Shown here: piece after piece, positions 22,979-33,090 of the stretch
Layout of the letters: each line of letters begins with the position of its first letter
Numbering within the stretch: the stretch's first letter is position 1
NCBI GenBank assembly: GCA_963805415.1
Contig: CAWDUD010000005.1
Coordinates: forward strand, 434,455-498,454
DNA length: 64,000 nt
Origin: an uncultured Acidimicrobiia bacterium
GTDB lineage: Bacteria; Actinomycetota; Acidimicrobiia; IMCC26256; JAENVU01
Direction: 5' to 3'
Notes under the pieces: generated by a model
Database searches by the model: none
The model's input: the letters and a program-made list of their open reading frames with translations, nothing else
Told to the model about the DNA's origin: nothing
Translations under genes and position numbers: made by a program

Positions 22979-23851
22979 CTACGCGCTCTTCTTCCTGGGC
23001 GCCCGCTTGCGCTTCGGCGCCTCGCCGGCCGCCGGCCTCGTCGGCCGTCGGACTCGCCGGCCTCGCCGGACTCGCCCCCGCCGGCCGCGCTGGAGGCTCG
23101 CCTCGAGCGCCGCCATCAGGTCGAGCACCTTCGCGGGTGCCTCCGGCGTCTCGGACGCGACGATCTCCTCGCCGGCCGCCTTCTTGTCGATCAGGGCCAG
23201 CAGCTGCTCGCGGTACTCGTCGTGGTACTGCTCGGCGTCGAAGTCGCCCGAGAGGGTCTCGACGAGCTGGCGGGCCATGGTCGACTCGCGCTCGGTCAGC
23301 TCGATGTCCTCGTCCGGCAACCCCAGCGACGCGCGGTCCACGATCTCGTCGGCGTAGTGCATCGTCTCGACGCAGAGCATCCCGTCCATCGGGCGGATCG
23401 CGACGAGCTTCTCCTTGGAGCGCATCACCACGCGTCCGATCGCGACCTTGCCGAGCTCGGTCATGGCGTCCACGAGCAGCCGGTACGGCTTGGCGGCCTT
23501 CTCGTCGACCATCACGTAGTACGGCGTGTCGAAGTAGATCGGGTCGATGTCGGCGAGGTCGACGAAGTCCTCGATGTCGATCGTGTGGCTCGCCTTCGGC
23601 GCCAGGGTGTCGAGCTCGTCCTTCTCGACGATCACGTAGCGGCCCTTCTCCAGCTCGTAGCCCTTGACGATCCGGTCCGTCGGGACCTCCTCGCCGGACT
23701 GCTCGGAGACGCGGCGGTACCGGATGCGGGATCCGGTCCCGGCCTCGAGCTGGTTGAACGACACGTCCCGCGACTTCGTGGCGGGTGTGAGCTTCACGGG
23801 AACGGCAACGAGTCCGAAACTGATCGTTCCGGTCCACACGGCGGTGGGCAC
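22979..23851 (-). CDS. ku: Ku protein (non-homologous end joining)
   Basis: This is the C-terminal part of ORF 22979..25576: VPTAVWTGTISFGLVAVPVKLTPATKSRDVSFNQL...YELEKGRYVIVEKDELD...DIEDFVDLADIDPIYFDTPYYV...PYRLLVDAM. It ends in a basic Lys/Arg tail (APKRKRAPRKKSA). The start is GTG at 23851, or an alternative GTG about 30 nt upstream. Confidence 0.9.
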   Translation of the reverse strand: MPTAVWTGTISFGLVAVPVKLTPATKSRDVSFNQLEAGTGSRIRYRRVSEQSGEEVPTDRIVKGYELEKGRYVIVEKDELDTLAPKASHTIDIEDFVDLADIDPIYFDTPYYVMVDEKAAKPYRLLVDAMTELGKVAIGRVVMRSKEKLVAIRPMDGMLCVETMHYADEIVDRASLGLPDEDIELTERESTMARQLVETLSGDFDAEQYHDEYREQLLALIDKKAAGEEIVASETPEAPAKVLDLMAALEASLQRGRRGRVRRGRRVRRPTRPAAGEAPKRKRAPRKKSA

Positions 23852-23893
23852 GACTTCGACCTCCGGTGTCGGGTGAACCACTAGGTTCGCACA

Positions 23894-24781
23894 ATGGCTG
23901 ACGTCGCCGTGCAGATCGACGGCCACACCCTCCAACTGTCCAATCTGGACAAGGTTCTCTACCCCGCGACGGGCTTCACCAAAGCCGGGATCATCGACTA
24001 CTACTCGAAGATCGCGCCGGTGATGCTCCCCCACCTCCGGGACCGGCCGCTCACCCTGGTGCGCTACCCGAACGGCGTCGAGGCCGGTTCCTTCTTCGAG
24101 AAGCGCCGGCCGCCGTCGGCGCCGGACTGGGTCCGCTCCGGCGGCGAGCTCGGGTCGGTGCTCTGCGACGAGGCCGCAACCCTCGTCTGGCTCGCGAACC
24201 TCGCCGCGCTCGAGCTGCACACCCACCAGCACACCGAGGCCGCACCGGATCTGCCCATCGCGGTCGTGCTCGACCTCGACCCCGGGGACCCGGCAACCGT
24301 GCTCGACTGCGCCACCGTCGCGCTCGACCTCCGATCGATCCTCGACCGGCTCGGGCTCGTCGCCGTCGTGAAGACGTCCGGCTCGAAGGGCCTGCACCTC
24401 TCGATCCCGATCGCGACCGGGACCGTCGACGACGAGGGCACGAAGCGGTTCGCGCTCGCGCTCGGTCAGATCCTCTCCGACGCCGCGCCGGACCGCGTCA
24501 CGACCGTGATGGCGAAGGAGCGGCGGCCGGGCCGCGTCTTCGTGGACTGGAGCCAGAACGACCGGCACAAGACCACGGTCGCCGCGTACTCCCTGCGGGC
24601 GCGGTCCCGGCCGACCGTCTCGACGCCGATCACCTGGGACGAGCTCGCCGACGCACGCGACGGCGGGGACCCCGAGGCGCTGTCGTTCGAGACCGAGGCC
24701 GTGCTCGCCCGCATCGAGCAGCTCGGCGACCTGTACGCGGGCGAGCTCGACGGCGACCAGGTGCTCCCCGCGCTCGGGTAG
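23894..24781 (+). CDS. ligD: Stand-alone LigD polymerase/primase domain (NHEJ PolDom)
   Basis: Intact 295-aa ORF: LSNLDKVLYPATGFTKAGIIDYYSKIAPVMLPHLRDRPLTLVRYPNGV...VVLDLDPG...VKTSGSKGLHLSIPI...VFVDWSQNDRHKTTVAAYSLR. It has no ATP-dependent ligase or phosphoesterase domain. It is divergent from ku with about 42 bp between the starts. Confidence 0.85.
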   Translation: MADVAVQIDGHTLQLSNLDKVLYPATGFTKAGIIDYYSKIAPVMLPHLRDRPLTLVRYPNGVEAGSFFEKRRPPSAPDWVRSGGELGSVLCDEAATLVWLANLAALELHTHQHTEAAPDLPIAVVLDLDPGDPATVLDCATVALDLRSILDRLGLVAVVKTSGSKGLHLSIPIATGTVDDEGTKRFALALGQILSDAAPDRVTTVMAKERRPGRVFVDWSQNDRHKTTVAAYSLRARSRPTVSTPITWDELADARDGGDPEALSFETEAVLARIEQLGDLYAGELDGDQVLPALG

Positions 24782-24805
24782 TCGCGCACGCGGTAAGGTC
24801 CGGCC

Positions 24806-25624
24806 GTGGATCTCGCCGGAGCCGTCGCCGTCGTCACCGGCGCGAGCCGGGGGGTCGGTGCCGCGACCGCGATCGCGCTCGCGGAGGCGGGCGCGACCGT
24901 CGTCTGCGCGGCGCGGGCCACGGACGCGGCACCGCTCCCGATCCCGGGCACGATCGACGCGACGGTCCGGGCGATCACGGCGGCCGGTGGGACCGCCGTC
25001 GCGCGGCCGACCAACCTCGCGGTCGACGCCGAGGTCGAGGGTCTCGTCGACGAGACCCTCGAGCGGTTCTCGCGGGTCGACATCCTCGTCAACAACGCGG
25101 CCGTCACGTTCCCGGGCGACCTGGCGCTCCCGATGAAGCGCTTCGACCTGATCTTCGCCGTCGACCTGCGGGCCCCGGTGATCGCCACGGCGCGCGCGGC
25201 CCCGCACATGGTCGAGCAGGGACGCGGCGCGATCGTGAACGTCTCCTCGGCGGCCGCGCTCAACTACTACCCGGGCCAGATGGCGTACGGCATGGCCAAG
25301 GCCGCGCTCGAGCACTTCACCCTCTCGGCGGCCGAGCAGCTCCGGCCGCACGGCATCCCGGTCAACACGTTCCGGATCGACGTCCCCGTCGCGTCGGAGG
25401 GCTTCCTCGCCGCGCTCGCCGACGTCGACCACTCCGACTGGGAGCCGCCGGCCGTGGCGGCCGAGGGCATCCTCTGGATGCTGGCGCAACCGCCGTCCTA
25501 CACCGGGTACAACACCGGCATGGCCGCGCTGCGGGCGGAGCACGGGATCATGGCGAGCCGGACGGCCCGGCCCCACGAGCAGGCGCCGACGATGGTCACC
25601 GACTCACCGCTGAACAGGCCATAA
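24806..25624 (+). CDS. SDR-family oxidoreductase
   Basis: Intact 272-aa ORF (GTG start). It has the TGASRGVG dinucleotide-binding motif, the NNAA motif, and the catalytic YGMAKAAL (YxxxK). Confidence 0.8.
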   Translation: MDLAGAVAVVTGASRGVGAATAIALAEAGATVVCAARATDAAPLPIPGTIDATVRAITAAGGTAVARPTNLAVDAEVEGLVDETLERFSRVDILVNNAAVTFPGDLALPMKRFDLIFAVDLRAPVIATARAAPHMVEQGRGAIVNVSSAAALNYYPGQMAYGMAKAALEHFTLSAAEQLRPHGIPVNTFRIDVPVASEGFLAALADVDHSDWEPPAVAAEGILWMLAQPPSYTGYNTGMAALRAEHGIMASRTARPHEQAPTMVTDSPLNRP

Positions 25625-25679
25625 ACAACCGCACACCCGCGGTGGCGGACCCGGGACGCGCGGTTACGGTGCCGCGACC

Positions 25680-26356
<677 letters not shown>

Positions 26357-26360
<4 letters not shown>

Positions 26361-27652
26361 CCTGGGCCGACGCCGCCACCGCGGCGTTCCGCTCCCTCGC
26401 CCGGCGCTTCGGGCGGGCGACGCTCACGGTGCTCGCCGTCGCGCTCGCGGCCGCGCTCCTCAGCGCGCTGCTGATCATCTCGAGCGCCGCCCGGACCCGG
26501 GTGCTCACCCAGCTCTCGAAGGGCGGCCCCCTCGCGGGCATCCAGGTCGCGCCCGCGGCACCGGCCCCCGATGCGCTCGACACCGACAACCCGAGACCCG
26601 GCCGCGCCCGGCCGATCGAGGCGGGAACGATCCGCCGCATCCGACGGCTGCCCGGCGTCCGCTCGGTCGTGGCCCTCGAGACCACGCCCGTCATCGTCTC
26701 ACCACCCGACCCGGAGGAGGATCCGTTCCGGAACACGCTCGCGGGCGCCGACCTGAGCCGACTCACGAGCCTGCCGATCACCGTCGTGGCCGGCCGCACG
26801 CCGGTCCCGGGCTCCCGGACCGAGGTGGCCGTCACCGAGGGCTACCTCCACCGGGTGGGGCTCCAGCGGACCGATGCGGCGAAGGTCGTGGGGACCGAGC
26901 TCGAGATCGGCGCGCCGCGCGTGTTCGCTCGCGGCGCGCGCCGGCTCGACGTACGCGGCCGTTGGACCCGTGCCGAGATCGTCGGCGTCGTCGCGCAGCA
27001 GGTGTTCGACTCGCAGGTCATCGGCTCCAGGCAGATGCTGCGCGACGCCCGCGCCTGGTCCGACCTCTCGACGGACGCCGAACGGTTCGGCCTCGCCGCG
27101 CCCCGCTACGCCGGGCTGTTCGTGGTGGCCGACGGGCTCTCCCACGTCGGGGCCGTGCGCGCCCGCATCGACGGGCTCGGCTACTCGACGAGCGCGCCCG
27201 AGAACCTGGTCGAGACGGTGCAGCGCTACCTGCACGTGGTGGAGATCGTGCTCGCCGGGATCGGCGTGATCGCACTCGCCATCGCCGCGCTCGGCATCAC
27301 CAACGCCCTGCTGGCGGCGATCCGCGAGCGCCGGCGCGAGATCGGCGTCCTCAAGGCCATCGGTGCACGGGATCGCGACGTCCGGCGGCTCTTCCTCATC
27401 GAGGCCGGTGCCACCGGCGTGGTCGGCGGCCTGCTCGGAACGCTCACCGGCTACGGCATCGCGCTGGTCCTCGGGGCGGTCGTCAACCGCTACCTGGTGG
27501 CCCAGCAGCTGCCCGGCGTGGCGATCGGGTTCCCCTGGACCGTGCTCGTGCTCGGCGTGGTCGGCGCCGCCGGCCTGGCGACCCTCGCCGGCCTCGTTCC
27601 CGCGCAACGGGCGGCCCGCCTGCCCGCCCGCGACGCGATGGGGGACGCATGA
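26357..27652 (+). CDS. FtsX/MacB-type ABC permease with large extracytoplasmic domain
   Basis: Intact 431-aa ORF. It has an N-terminal TM helix, about 250 aa of extracytoplasmic region, then the FtsX domain (ALLAAIRERRREIGVLKAIGARDRDVRRLFLIEAG... with three further TM helices). Confidence 0.8.
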
Positions 27653-28421
27653 GGCGGCCCGCTCACCGCCGGACCGTCCTCGTCGCGGCCACCGCGCTCC
27701 TCACGCTGGTCGGCGCGTCCTGCACGAGCAGCGCGTCGTCGACGCCCGCGGCCACCGCCACGGGCCCGAGTCCCGTGTACGTCGCGCTCGGCAACGGGGA
27801 GACGGCCGGGAACGGCGTGAAGGACCGTATCCGCGACGCCTGGCCCCAGATCGTCTACCGGACCGAGCTCCCGGCGTCGGCGATCTTCGTCAACTTCGGC
27901 GAGACCGACGCCACCGTCGCCGATGCGCTCGCCGACCAGCTCGGCCCCGCGCTCGCGCTGCACCCGACCGTGGCCACGGTCCATCTGACCGATGACCGGT
28001 TCCAGGGGACCAGCGTCGCCGACTACGAGTCCCGCCTCACCGAGCTCGTCCGCCGGCTCCGGCGCGGGGGCCGGACCGAGGTGGTGCTCGGCACCGTGCT
28101 CCCCGAGGACCGCGAGCCGGGGGTGCTCGCCTGCACCGCCGACCCACCGCCCGACGGGCCCCGCTGTCGGATCGGGCCGGTCGACGACCCGGCCCGCAGC
28201 GGACCGCGGGTCGACGCCATGAACGCGGCGATCCGCGCGTGGCGGACGCGACCGGCGCCACCGTGGCGGACGTCCACGGCGCCTTCCTCCGGGCGCGTGC
28301 GGCCGGTCGGGAGGATGCCCTCTGGGCCGGCAACGACTTCTCCCCCAACCAGGCGGGCCACCAGCTCCTCGCCCGTGAGTTCGGCGCCGCCGTGCGGGAT
28401 GCGCTGAAATCGCACCGATGA
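27649..28421 (+). pseudogene. SGNH/GDSL-fold lipoprotein with degenerate catalytic motifs (one frameshift near 28235)
   Basis: ATG 27649 overlaps the permease stop (ATGA). It has a signal peptide with a lipobox-like LVGASC. Where block I GDSxx is expected the sequence reads ALGNGETAG. Where block V DxxHPxxxGH is expected the last 60 aa (ORF 28239..28421) read NDFSPNQAGH. Confidence 0.6.
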
Positions 28422-29104
28422 CGCCGCGGGACTCCCAGCGCAGCCGGGTCTACCGCGCCGAGACGCCGATGGGCGGGCGCCGCCTGCCCACGCTCCCGGA
28501 CTGCGCGGCGTTCGTCGACGAGGTCGTCGGCTCGCTCTGGTGGATCGCCCGGTTCCCCGAGCGGGACCTCGACCGCGTCCCCAAGCTCCGGCCGGGCAAC
28601 GGCGCCCGCCAGGCGTTCTACCGCGAGGACCCGGGCCGGCCCACGATCACGCTGCCCCGCCGGTACCGCACCACCGCCGTCGTGCTGCACGAGCTCGTGC
28701 ACTGGGCGCTCGCCGACGCGGTGGACCTGCCCAACCACGGCCGGACCTTCACGCGCGTCTTCCTCGACGCGACCGGCGAGTTCCTCGGCCCGGCCAAGCG
28801 GGAGCGGCTCGCCCGCTCCTACACCGAGCACAAGGTGCGCCTCGGCGGCCCGGCGCGCATCGGGCCGGACGGCACCTACGACTACGCCGTCGACGAGCGC
28901 CTGCGGCTCGGGCGGGGCCGGCACCTCGCGGTCCGGTGGGGCAAGAACTCCGAGGGCGACGGCGTGCTGCGCTCACGCGCCCACCGCAAGGTCACGCTCC
29001 AGCGGGACGACGCCACGACGGTGATCCCCGAGCGCGAGATCTGGTGGGTGCGACCGTACGACCCGGCTCAGTTGAGCCGCTCGACGATCATCGCCATGCC
29101 CTGA
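28418..29104 (+). CDS. HExxH putative metallohydrolase (resembles the actinobacterial TIGR04338/Rv0185-type family, from memory)
   Basis: Intact 228-aa ORF. SQRSRVYRAE near the N-terminus and VVLHELVHW (HExxH) match that family as I recall it. The ATG overlaps the previous stop (ATGA at 28418-28421). The 3' end overlaps the convergent thiolase by 37 nt. Confidence 0.6.
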   Translation: MTPRDSQRSRVYRAETPMGGRRLPTLPDCAAFVDEVVGSLWWIARFPERDLDRVPKLRPGNGARQAFYREDPGRPTITLPRRYRTTAVVLHELVHWALADAVDLPNHGRTFTRVFLDATGEFLGPAKRERLARSYTEHKVRLGGPARIGPDGTYDYAVDERLRLGRGRHLAVRWGKNSEGDGVLRSRAHRKVTLQRDDATTVIPEREIWWVRPYDPAQLSRSTIIAMP

Positions 29105-30282
29105 CCGCCGCCGACGCACATCGTCTCGAGGCCGACGGTCTTGCCGGCGTCCTCGAGGCCGTTGAGGAGGGTGCCCATGATGCGGGCACCGGTCATGCCG
29201 AACGGGTGGCCGAGCGCGATCGCCCCGCCGTTCACGTTCAGCTTGTCCCAGTCGATGCCCAGCGCCTTGGCGGACGGGATGACCTGGGCCGCGAACGCCT
29301 CGTTGATCTCCACCAGGTCGACGTCGTCGATCGTCATCCCGGCGCGGGCGAGGGCCTGCCGGCTCGCCTCGATCGGACCGAGGCCCATGATCTCGGGGTC
29401 GAGGCCGGTCACGCCCGAGGACACGATGCGCGCCAACGGCGTGACACCGAGCTCCCGGGCCTTGGTGTCGCTCATCACGATCACCGCGGCCGCGCCGTCG
29501 TTCAGCGGGCACGCGTTCCCGGCGGTGACGCGACCGGTCGGGCGGAACGCGGGCGCGAGGCTCGCGAGCTTCTCCCGCTCGGTGGTCGGACGCGGGCAGT
29601 CGTCGGCGCTGATCACCGCCCCCGCGCCCGTCGGGTACGGCGTGATCTCCCGCTCGAAGAAGCCCCGCTCGATCGCGGCGCCGGCACGCTGCTGGGAGAG
29701 GAACGCGTAGTCGTCCATCTCCTCGCGGGTGACGTTCTCGATCTCGGCGACGTTCTCCGCGGTCTCGCCCATCGCGATGTAGACGTCGGGCAGGCCCTCG
29801 GCCGGGGTCCACGGGCCCTGGTCGCCGGCGGTGCGGGCGGCGCTGCGCGCGGCGGCCGGGTCGAACTTGTGGTTCTGGGTGTTCGGCGTGTGGTCGGAGC
29901 TGCCTCCCACCATGAACCGGCTGACCGCTTCGACGCCGGCGGCGACGAAGACATCACCCTCGCCGGCACGCACGGCGTGCGCGGCCATGCGGATCGTCTG
30001 GAGCGAGGACGAGCAGTAGCGCGTGATGGTGCAGCCGGGGACCTTCGGCATCCCGGCGAGGACCGCGACGACCCGACCCATGTTGAAGCCCTGCTCCCCA
30101 CCCGGGAGGCCGCAGCCGAGCATGAGGTCGTCCACCAGCGCCCGGTCCAGCTCGGGCACCTTGCTCAGGACCGTGTCGACGATGAAGGCGGCCATGTCGT
30201 CCCCGCGCTCGTCGACGAACGAGCCCTTGAAGGCCCGGCCGATCGGGGTGCGGGCGGTGGCGACGATGACTGCTTCGGGCAT
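29068..30282 (-). CDS. Acetyl-CoA C-acyltransferase (thiolase)
   Basis: Intact 404-aa ORF. It shows the active-site region ITRYCSSSLQ, NEAFAAQ, GGAIALGHPFGMTGARI and CVGGGQGMA, the classical thiolase signatures. Confidence 0.9.
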   Translation of the reverse strand: MPEAVIVATARTPIGRAFKGSFVDERGDDMAAFIVDTVLSKVPELDRALVDDLMLGCGLPGGEQGFNMGRVVAVLAGMPKVPGCTITRYCSSSLQTIRMAAHAVRAGEGDVFVAAGVEAVSRFMVGGSSDHTPNTQNHKFDPAAARSAARTAGDQGPWTPAEGLPDVYIAMGETAENVAEIENVTREEMDDYAFLSQQRAGAAIERGFFEREITPYPTGAGAVISADDCPRPTTEREKLASLAPAFRPTGRVTAGNACPLNDGAAAVIVMSDTKARELGVTPLARIVSSGVTGLDPEIMGLGPIEASRQALARAGMTIDDVDLVEINEAFAAQVIPSAKALGIDWDKLNVNGGAIALGHPFGMTGARIMGTLLNGLEDAGKTVGLETMCVGGGQGMAMIVERLN

Positions 30283-30343
30283 GACGGGACTCCTCGGGGA
30301 GAACGGGTTGGGGCGACCTTACGCGGCGATCGGGGCCGGTTGC

Positions 30344-30868
30344 CTATCCGTCGAGGCGGCGCAGATCCCGGCGGTAGCGCTCGCCGTTCTCGACGTACTG
30401 GCGGGCACCCATCCGGATCATCAGCTCCGGTTCGACCGCGTCGGGCCGCAGCGTGGCCGGGACGCCGAGCGCCATGGCCCGGCTCGGCACCTCCATGTCG
30501 TTCGGGACCAGCGCGGCCGCGCCGACGAGCGCCTCGTCGTGGACGACCGCCCGGTGGAGGACGATCGAGCCGGATCCCACGAGCGCGCCGTTCCCGATCG
30601 TGCAGCACTCGATGTGGACGAGGTGTCCGATCACGCAGTCGTCCCCGATGACGGTCGGGAGCAGCCGCGTCGCGTGGATCACGCTGCCGTCCTGGATGCT
30701 CGTCCGGGCGCCGACCGTGATGCTGCCGTAGTCGCCGCGGAGCACCGCCTGGGGCCAGACGGTCGAGTCCGGGCCGATCGAGACGTCGCCGATGACGGTG
30801 GCGTCGGGATGCACGAACGCGGTGGGATCGATCCGGGGCACGAGGTCGCCGAGGGCGTAGATGGCCAT
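30344..30868 (-). CDS. Gamma-carbonic-anhydrase-family (YrdA/PaaY-like) LbH protein
   Basis: Intact 174-aa ORF: IDPTAFVHPDATVIGDVSIGPDSTVWPQAVLRGD...IQDGSVIH. Hexapeptide repeats and the His ligand pattern are typical of the family. Confidence 0.8.
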   Translation of the reverse strand: MAIYALGDLVPRIDPTAFVHPDATVIGDVSIGPDSTVWPQAVLRGDYGSITVGARTSIQDGSVIHATRLLPTVIGDDCVIGHLVHIECCTIGNGALVGSGSIVLHRAVVHDEALVGAAALVPNDMEVPSRAMALGVPATLRPDAVEPELMIRMGARQYVENGERYRRDLRRLDG

Positions 30869-30927
30869 GCGAGGAGCGTAGGGGACCCCTCGCGGTCGGT
30901 CGGAGGGCGCGGGGCTACGTTGGGGCG

Positions 30928-31737
30928 ATGCTCGATCCCGCCACCGTCGAGGAGCACGTCGACGCCGTCGCGCGCGACGGCTACACGATCGTGCCGGACG
31001 CGATCTCGCCCGACCTGCTCGACGCCCTCACCGCCGACCTGGAGACGCTCGAGCGCGTCTACGACGTCCAGCCCTCGCCGAACGCGTTCGAGGGGACGGA
31101 CACGGTGCGCGTGTACAACCTCCTCGGGCTCTCGCCGATCTGGGCCGAGGTGCCCGTGCACGACCACGTGCTCCCCGTCGTCGAGGGCGTGCTGGACGCC
31201 GGGTGCCTCGTCTCGTCGCTGTCGTCGATCCGCATCCGCCCGGGTGAGTCGGCCCAGCCGATCCACGCCGACGACCAGCTCATGCCGCTCGCCAAGCCCC
31301 ACGTCCCCACCGTGTGCAACTCGATGTGGGCGCTCACCGACTTCACCGAGGAGAACGGCGCAACCCGCATCGTCCCCGGATCGCACCTCGCGGATGCGTC
31401 ACCGGTCTACGGCGCCCACTACGACTCCGTTCCCGCCGCGATGCCGCGCGGCAGCGTCCTGATCTGGCACGGGAGCCTCTGGCACGGCGGCGGCGCGAAC
31501 CGCACCGACACCGACCGCGTCGGGATCGCGATGAACTACTGCGCGGGGTGGGTGCGCCAGCAGGAGAACCAGCAGCTCGGCATCCCCGTCGAGGTCGCGC
31601 GCACGTTCTCACCGCGCCTGCGCGAGCTCATCGGCTACGGCGTCTACAACATGCTCATCGGGCACATCAACAAGCACAGTCCGGTGGAGATCCTCGGTGA
31701 TGCGCCCGCCGCGTCGCGCATGGTCTGGGACGGCTAG
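30928..31737 (+). CDS. Phytanoyl-CoA dioxygenase (PhyH) family Fe(II)/2-oxoglutarate oxygenase
   Basis: Intact 269-aa ORF: QPIHADDQ (HxD), NSMWALTDFTEENGATRIVPGSH, WHGGGAN. Confidence 0.75.
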   Translation: MLDPATVEEHVDAVARDGYTIVPDAISPDLLDALTADLETLERVYDVQPSPNAFEGTDTVRVYNLLGLSPIWAEVPVHDHVLPVVEGVLDAGCLVSSLSSIRIRPGESAQPIHADDQLMPLAKPHVPTVCNSMWALTDFTEENGATRIVPGSHLADASPVYGAHYDSVPAAMPRGSVLIWHGSLWHGGGANRTDTDRVGIAMNYCAGWVRQQENQQLGIPVEVARTFSPRLRELIGYGVYNMLIGHINKHSPVEILGDAPAASRMVWDG

Positions 31738-32653
31738 GTGCACGACGGGTCCCGGCGCGCCATCGTCGCCGCGCTGCTCGCGAACCTCGGCATCGCGGTC
31801 GCGAAGGTCGTCGCCGCGATCATGACCGGCTCGGCGTCGATGCTCGCCGAGTCGATCCACTCCTTCGCCGACACCGGCAACCAAGGCCTGCTCTTCCTCG
31901 GCGGCAAGCGGGCGCGCCGGGCCCCCGATACCGCGCACCCCTTCGGGTACGGCGCCGAGCGGTTCTTCTGGGCGTTCGTGGTCGCACTCGTCCTGTTCAC
32001 CCTCGGTGCGATGTTCTCCCTGTTCGAGGGGTTCGAGAAGCTGCGCACGCCCCACGACATCGAGAGCCCGGGGATCGCCTTCGCGGTGCTCGGCGTCGCC
32101 GTGGTGCTGGAGGGCCTGTCGCTGCGGACCGCGGTCCGCGAGGCCGCGCCCGAGCGCGACGGTGCGGGATGGCGGGAGTTCGTCCGGCGGACCAAGAACC
32201 CCGAGCTCCCGGTCGTGCTCCTGGAGGACTCCGGGGCGATCCTCGGCCTGGCGCTCGCGATCGCCGGGCTCGGGCTCGCCGTCGTGACCGACCAACCGCG
32301 GTTCGACGCGATCGGCTCGATCGCCATCGGCATCCTCCTCGGCGCGATCGCGATCGTGCTCGCGATCGAGATGAAGAGCCTGCTCATCGGCGAGGGCGCG
32401 TCGGTTCCGGACCAGCACCTGATCGAGCGGACGCTGGCCGACCACCCGGCGGTGCGGTCGCTGATCCATCTCCGCACGCTCCAGCTCGGTCCGGAGGAGG
32501 TGCTCGTCGCGGCGAAGCTCGACTTCCACGAGTCGACCGCGAGCGAGCTCGCGCCGGCGATCGACGCGGTCGAGGCCGACGTCCGCGCCGCGGTGCCCGA
32601 CGCGCGCTCTGATCTATCTCGAACCCGATCTGGACCGGTCCCGCACCCGGTAG
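31738..32653 (+). pseudogene. Cation diffusion facilitator (CDF) transporter, 1-nt insertion near the 3' end
   Basis: GTG 31738 starts ...MLAESIHSFADTGNQGLL (the CDF metal-site motif), followed by six TM segments and a C-terminal cytoplasmic domain. Removing the single t at about 32608 restores DAR-LIYLEPDLDRSRTR-stop (TAG 32651-32653). As given, the frame runs on to 33237. Confidence 0.8.
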
Positions 32654-32661
32654 TCGGGTCG

Positions 32662-33090
32662 TCACCGTGGGCGGAAGTCCACCAGCGCGACGGTCTCCGA
32701 GCGGCGGTCCAGCACGACCTCGACCGGCAGGTCCAGGGCGAGGTCGGCGGGGTCGAGGCCCACGAGGTTGCCCACGAGTCGCGGACCCTCCTCGAGCTCG
32801 ACCACGAGGACCGCGTAGGGCAGGTGCTCGGCGAAAGCCGGGTCCGTCGCCCGGTGGGTCGTCGTCCACGTGAACACGCGGCCGCGACCGCTCACCGGCT
32901 GCCACGTCCACGCGGCCGAGCCGCAGGCCGCGCACAGCACACGCGGCGGGTGCCGCCACGTGTCGCAGTCGGTGCAGCGCTGGAGGTGGACGCGCGCAGT
33001 GGACGCCGCGTGCGCGTAGAACTCCGCCGCGAGGCCGTCCCCGCCGGGCAGCACGCGCTCCGGCCGCCGGTCCGCGTCGCCGACGCTCAC
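32662..33090 (-). CDS. DUF35 OB-fold/zinc-ribbon protein (partner of SCP-x-type thiolase)
   Basis: This is the C-terminal part of ORF 32662..33231, starting at GTG 33090: [21 protein letters not shown] (zinc ribbon), then [12 protein letters not shown]...[17 protein letters not shown] (OB fold). The start overlaps the upstream stop (GTGA). Confidence 0.75.
   Translation of the reverse strand: MSVGDADRRPERVLPGGDGLAAEFYAHAASTARVHLQRCTDCDTWRHPPRVLCAACGSAAWTWQPVSGRGRVFTWTTTHRATDPAFAEHLPYAVLVVELEEGPRLVGNLVGLDPADLALDLPVEVVLDRRSETVALVDFRPR

Noticed and set aside
22979-24781. Ku/LigD-PolDom as part of a phage-defence or mobile element module
   Set aside because: This is the standard bacterial NHEJ pair in its usual divergent arrangement. 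No phage, Gam-like, or other defence genes are adjacent.
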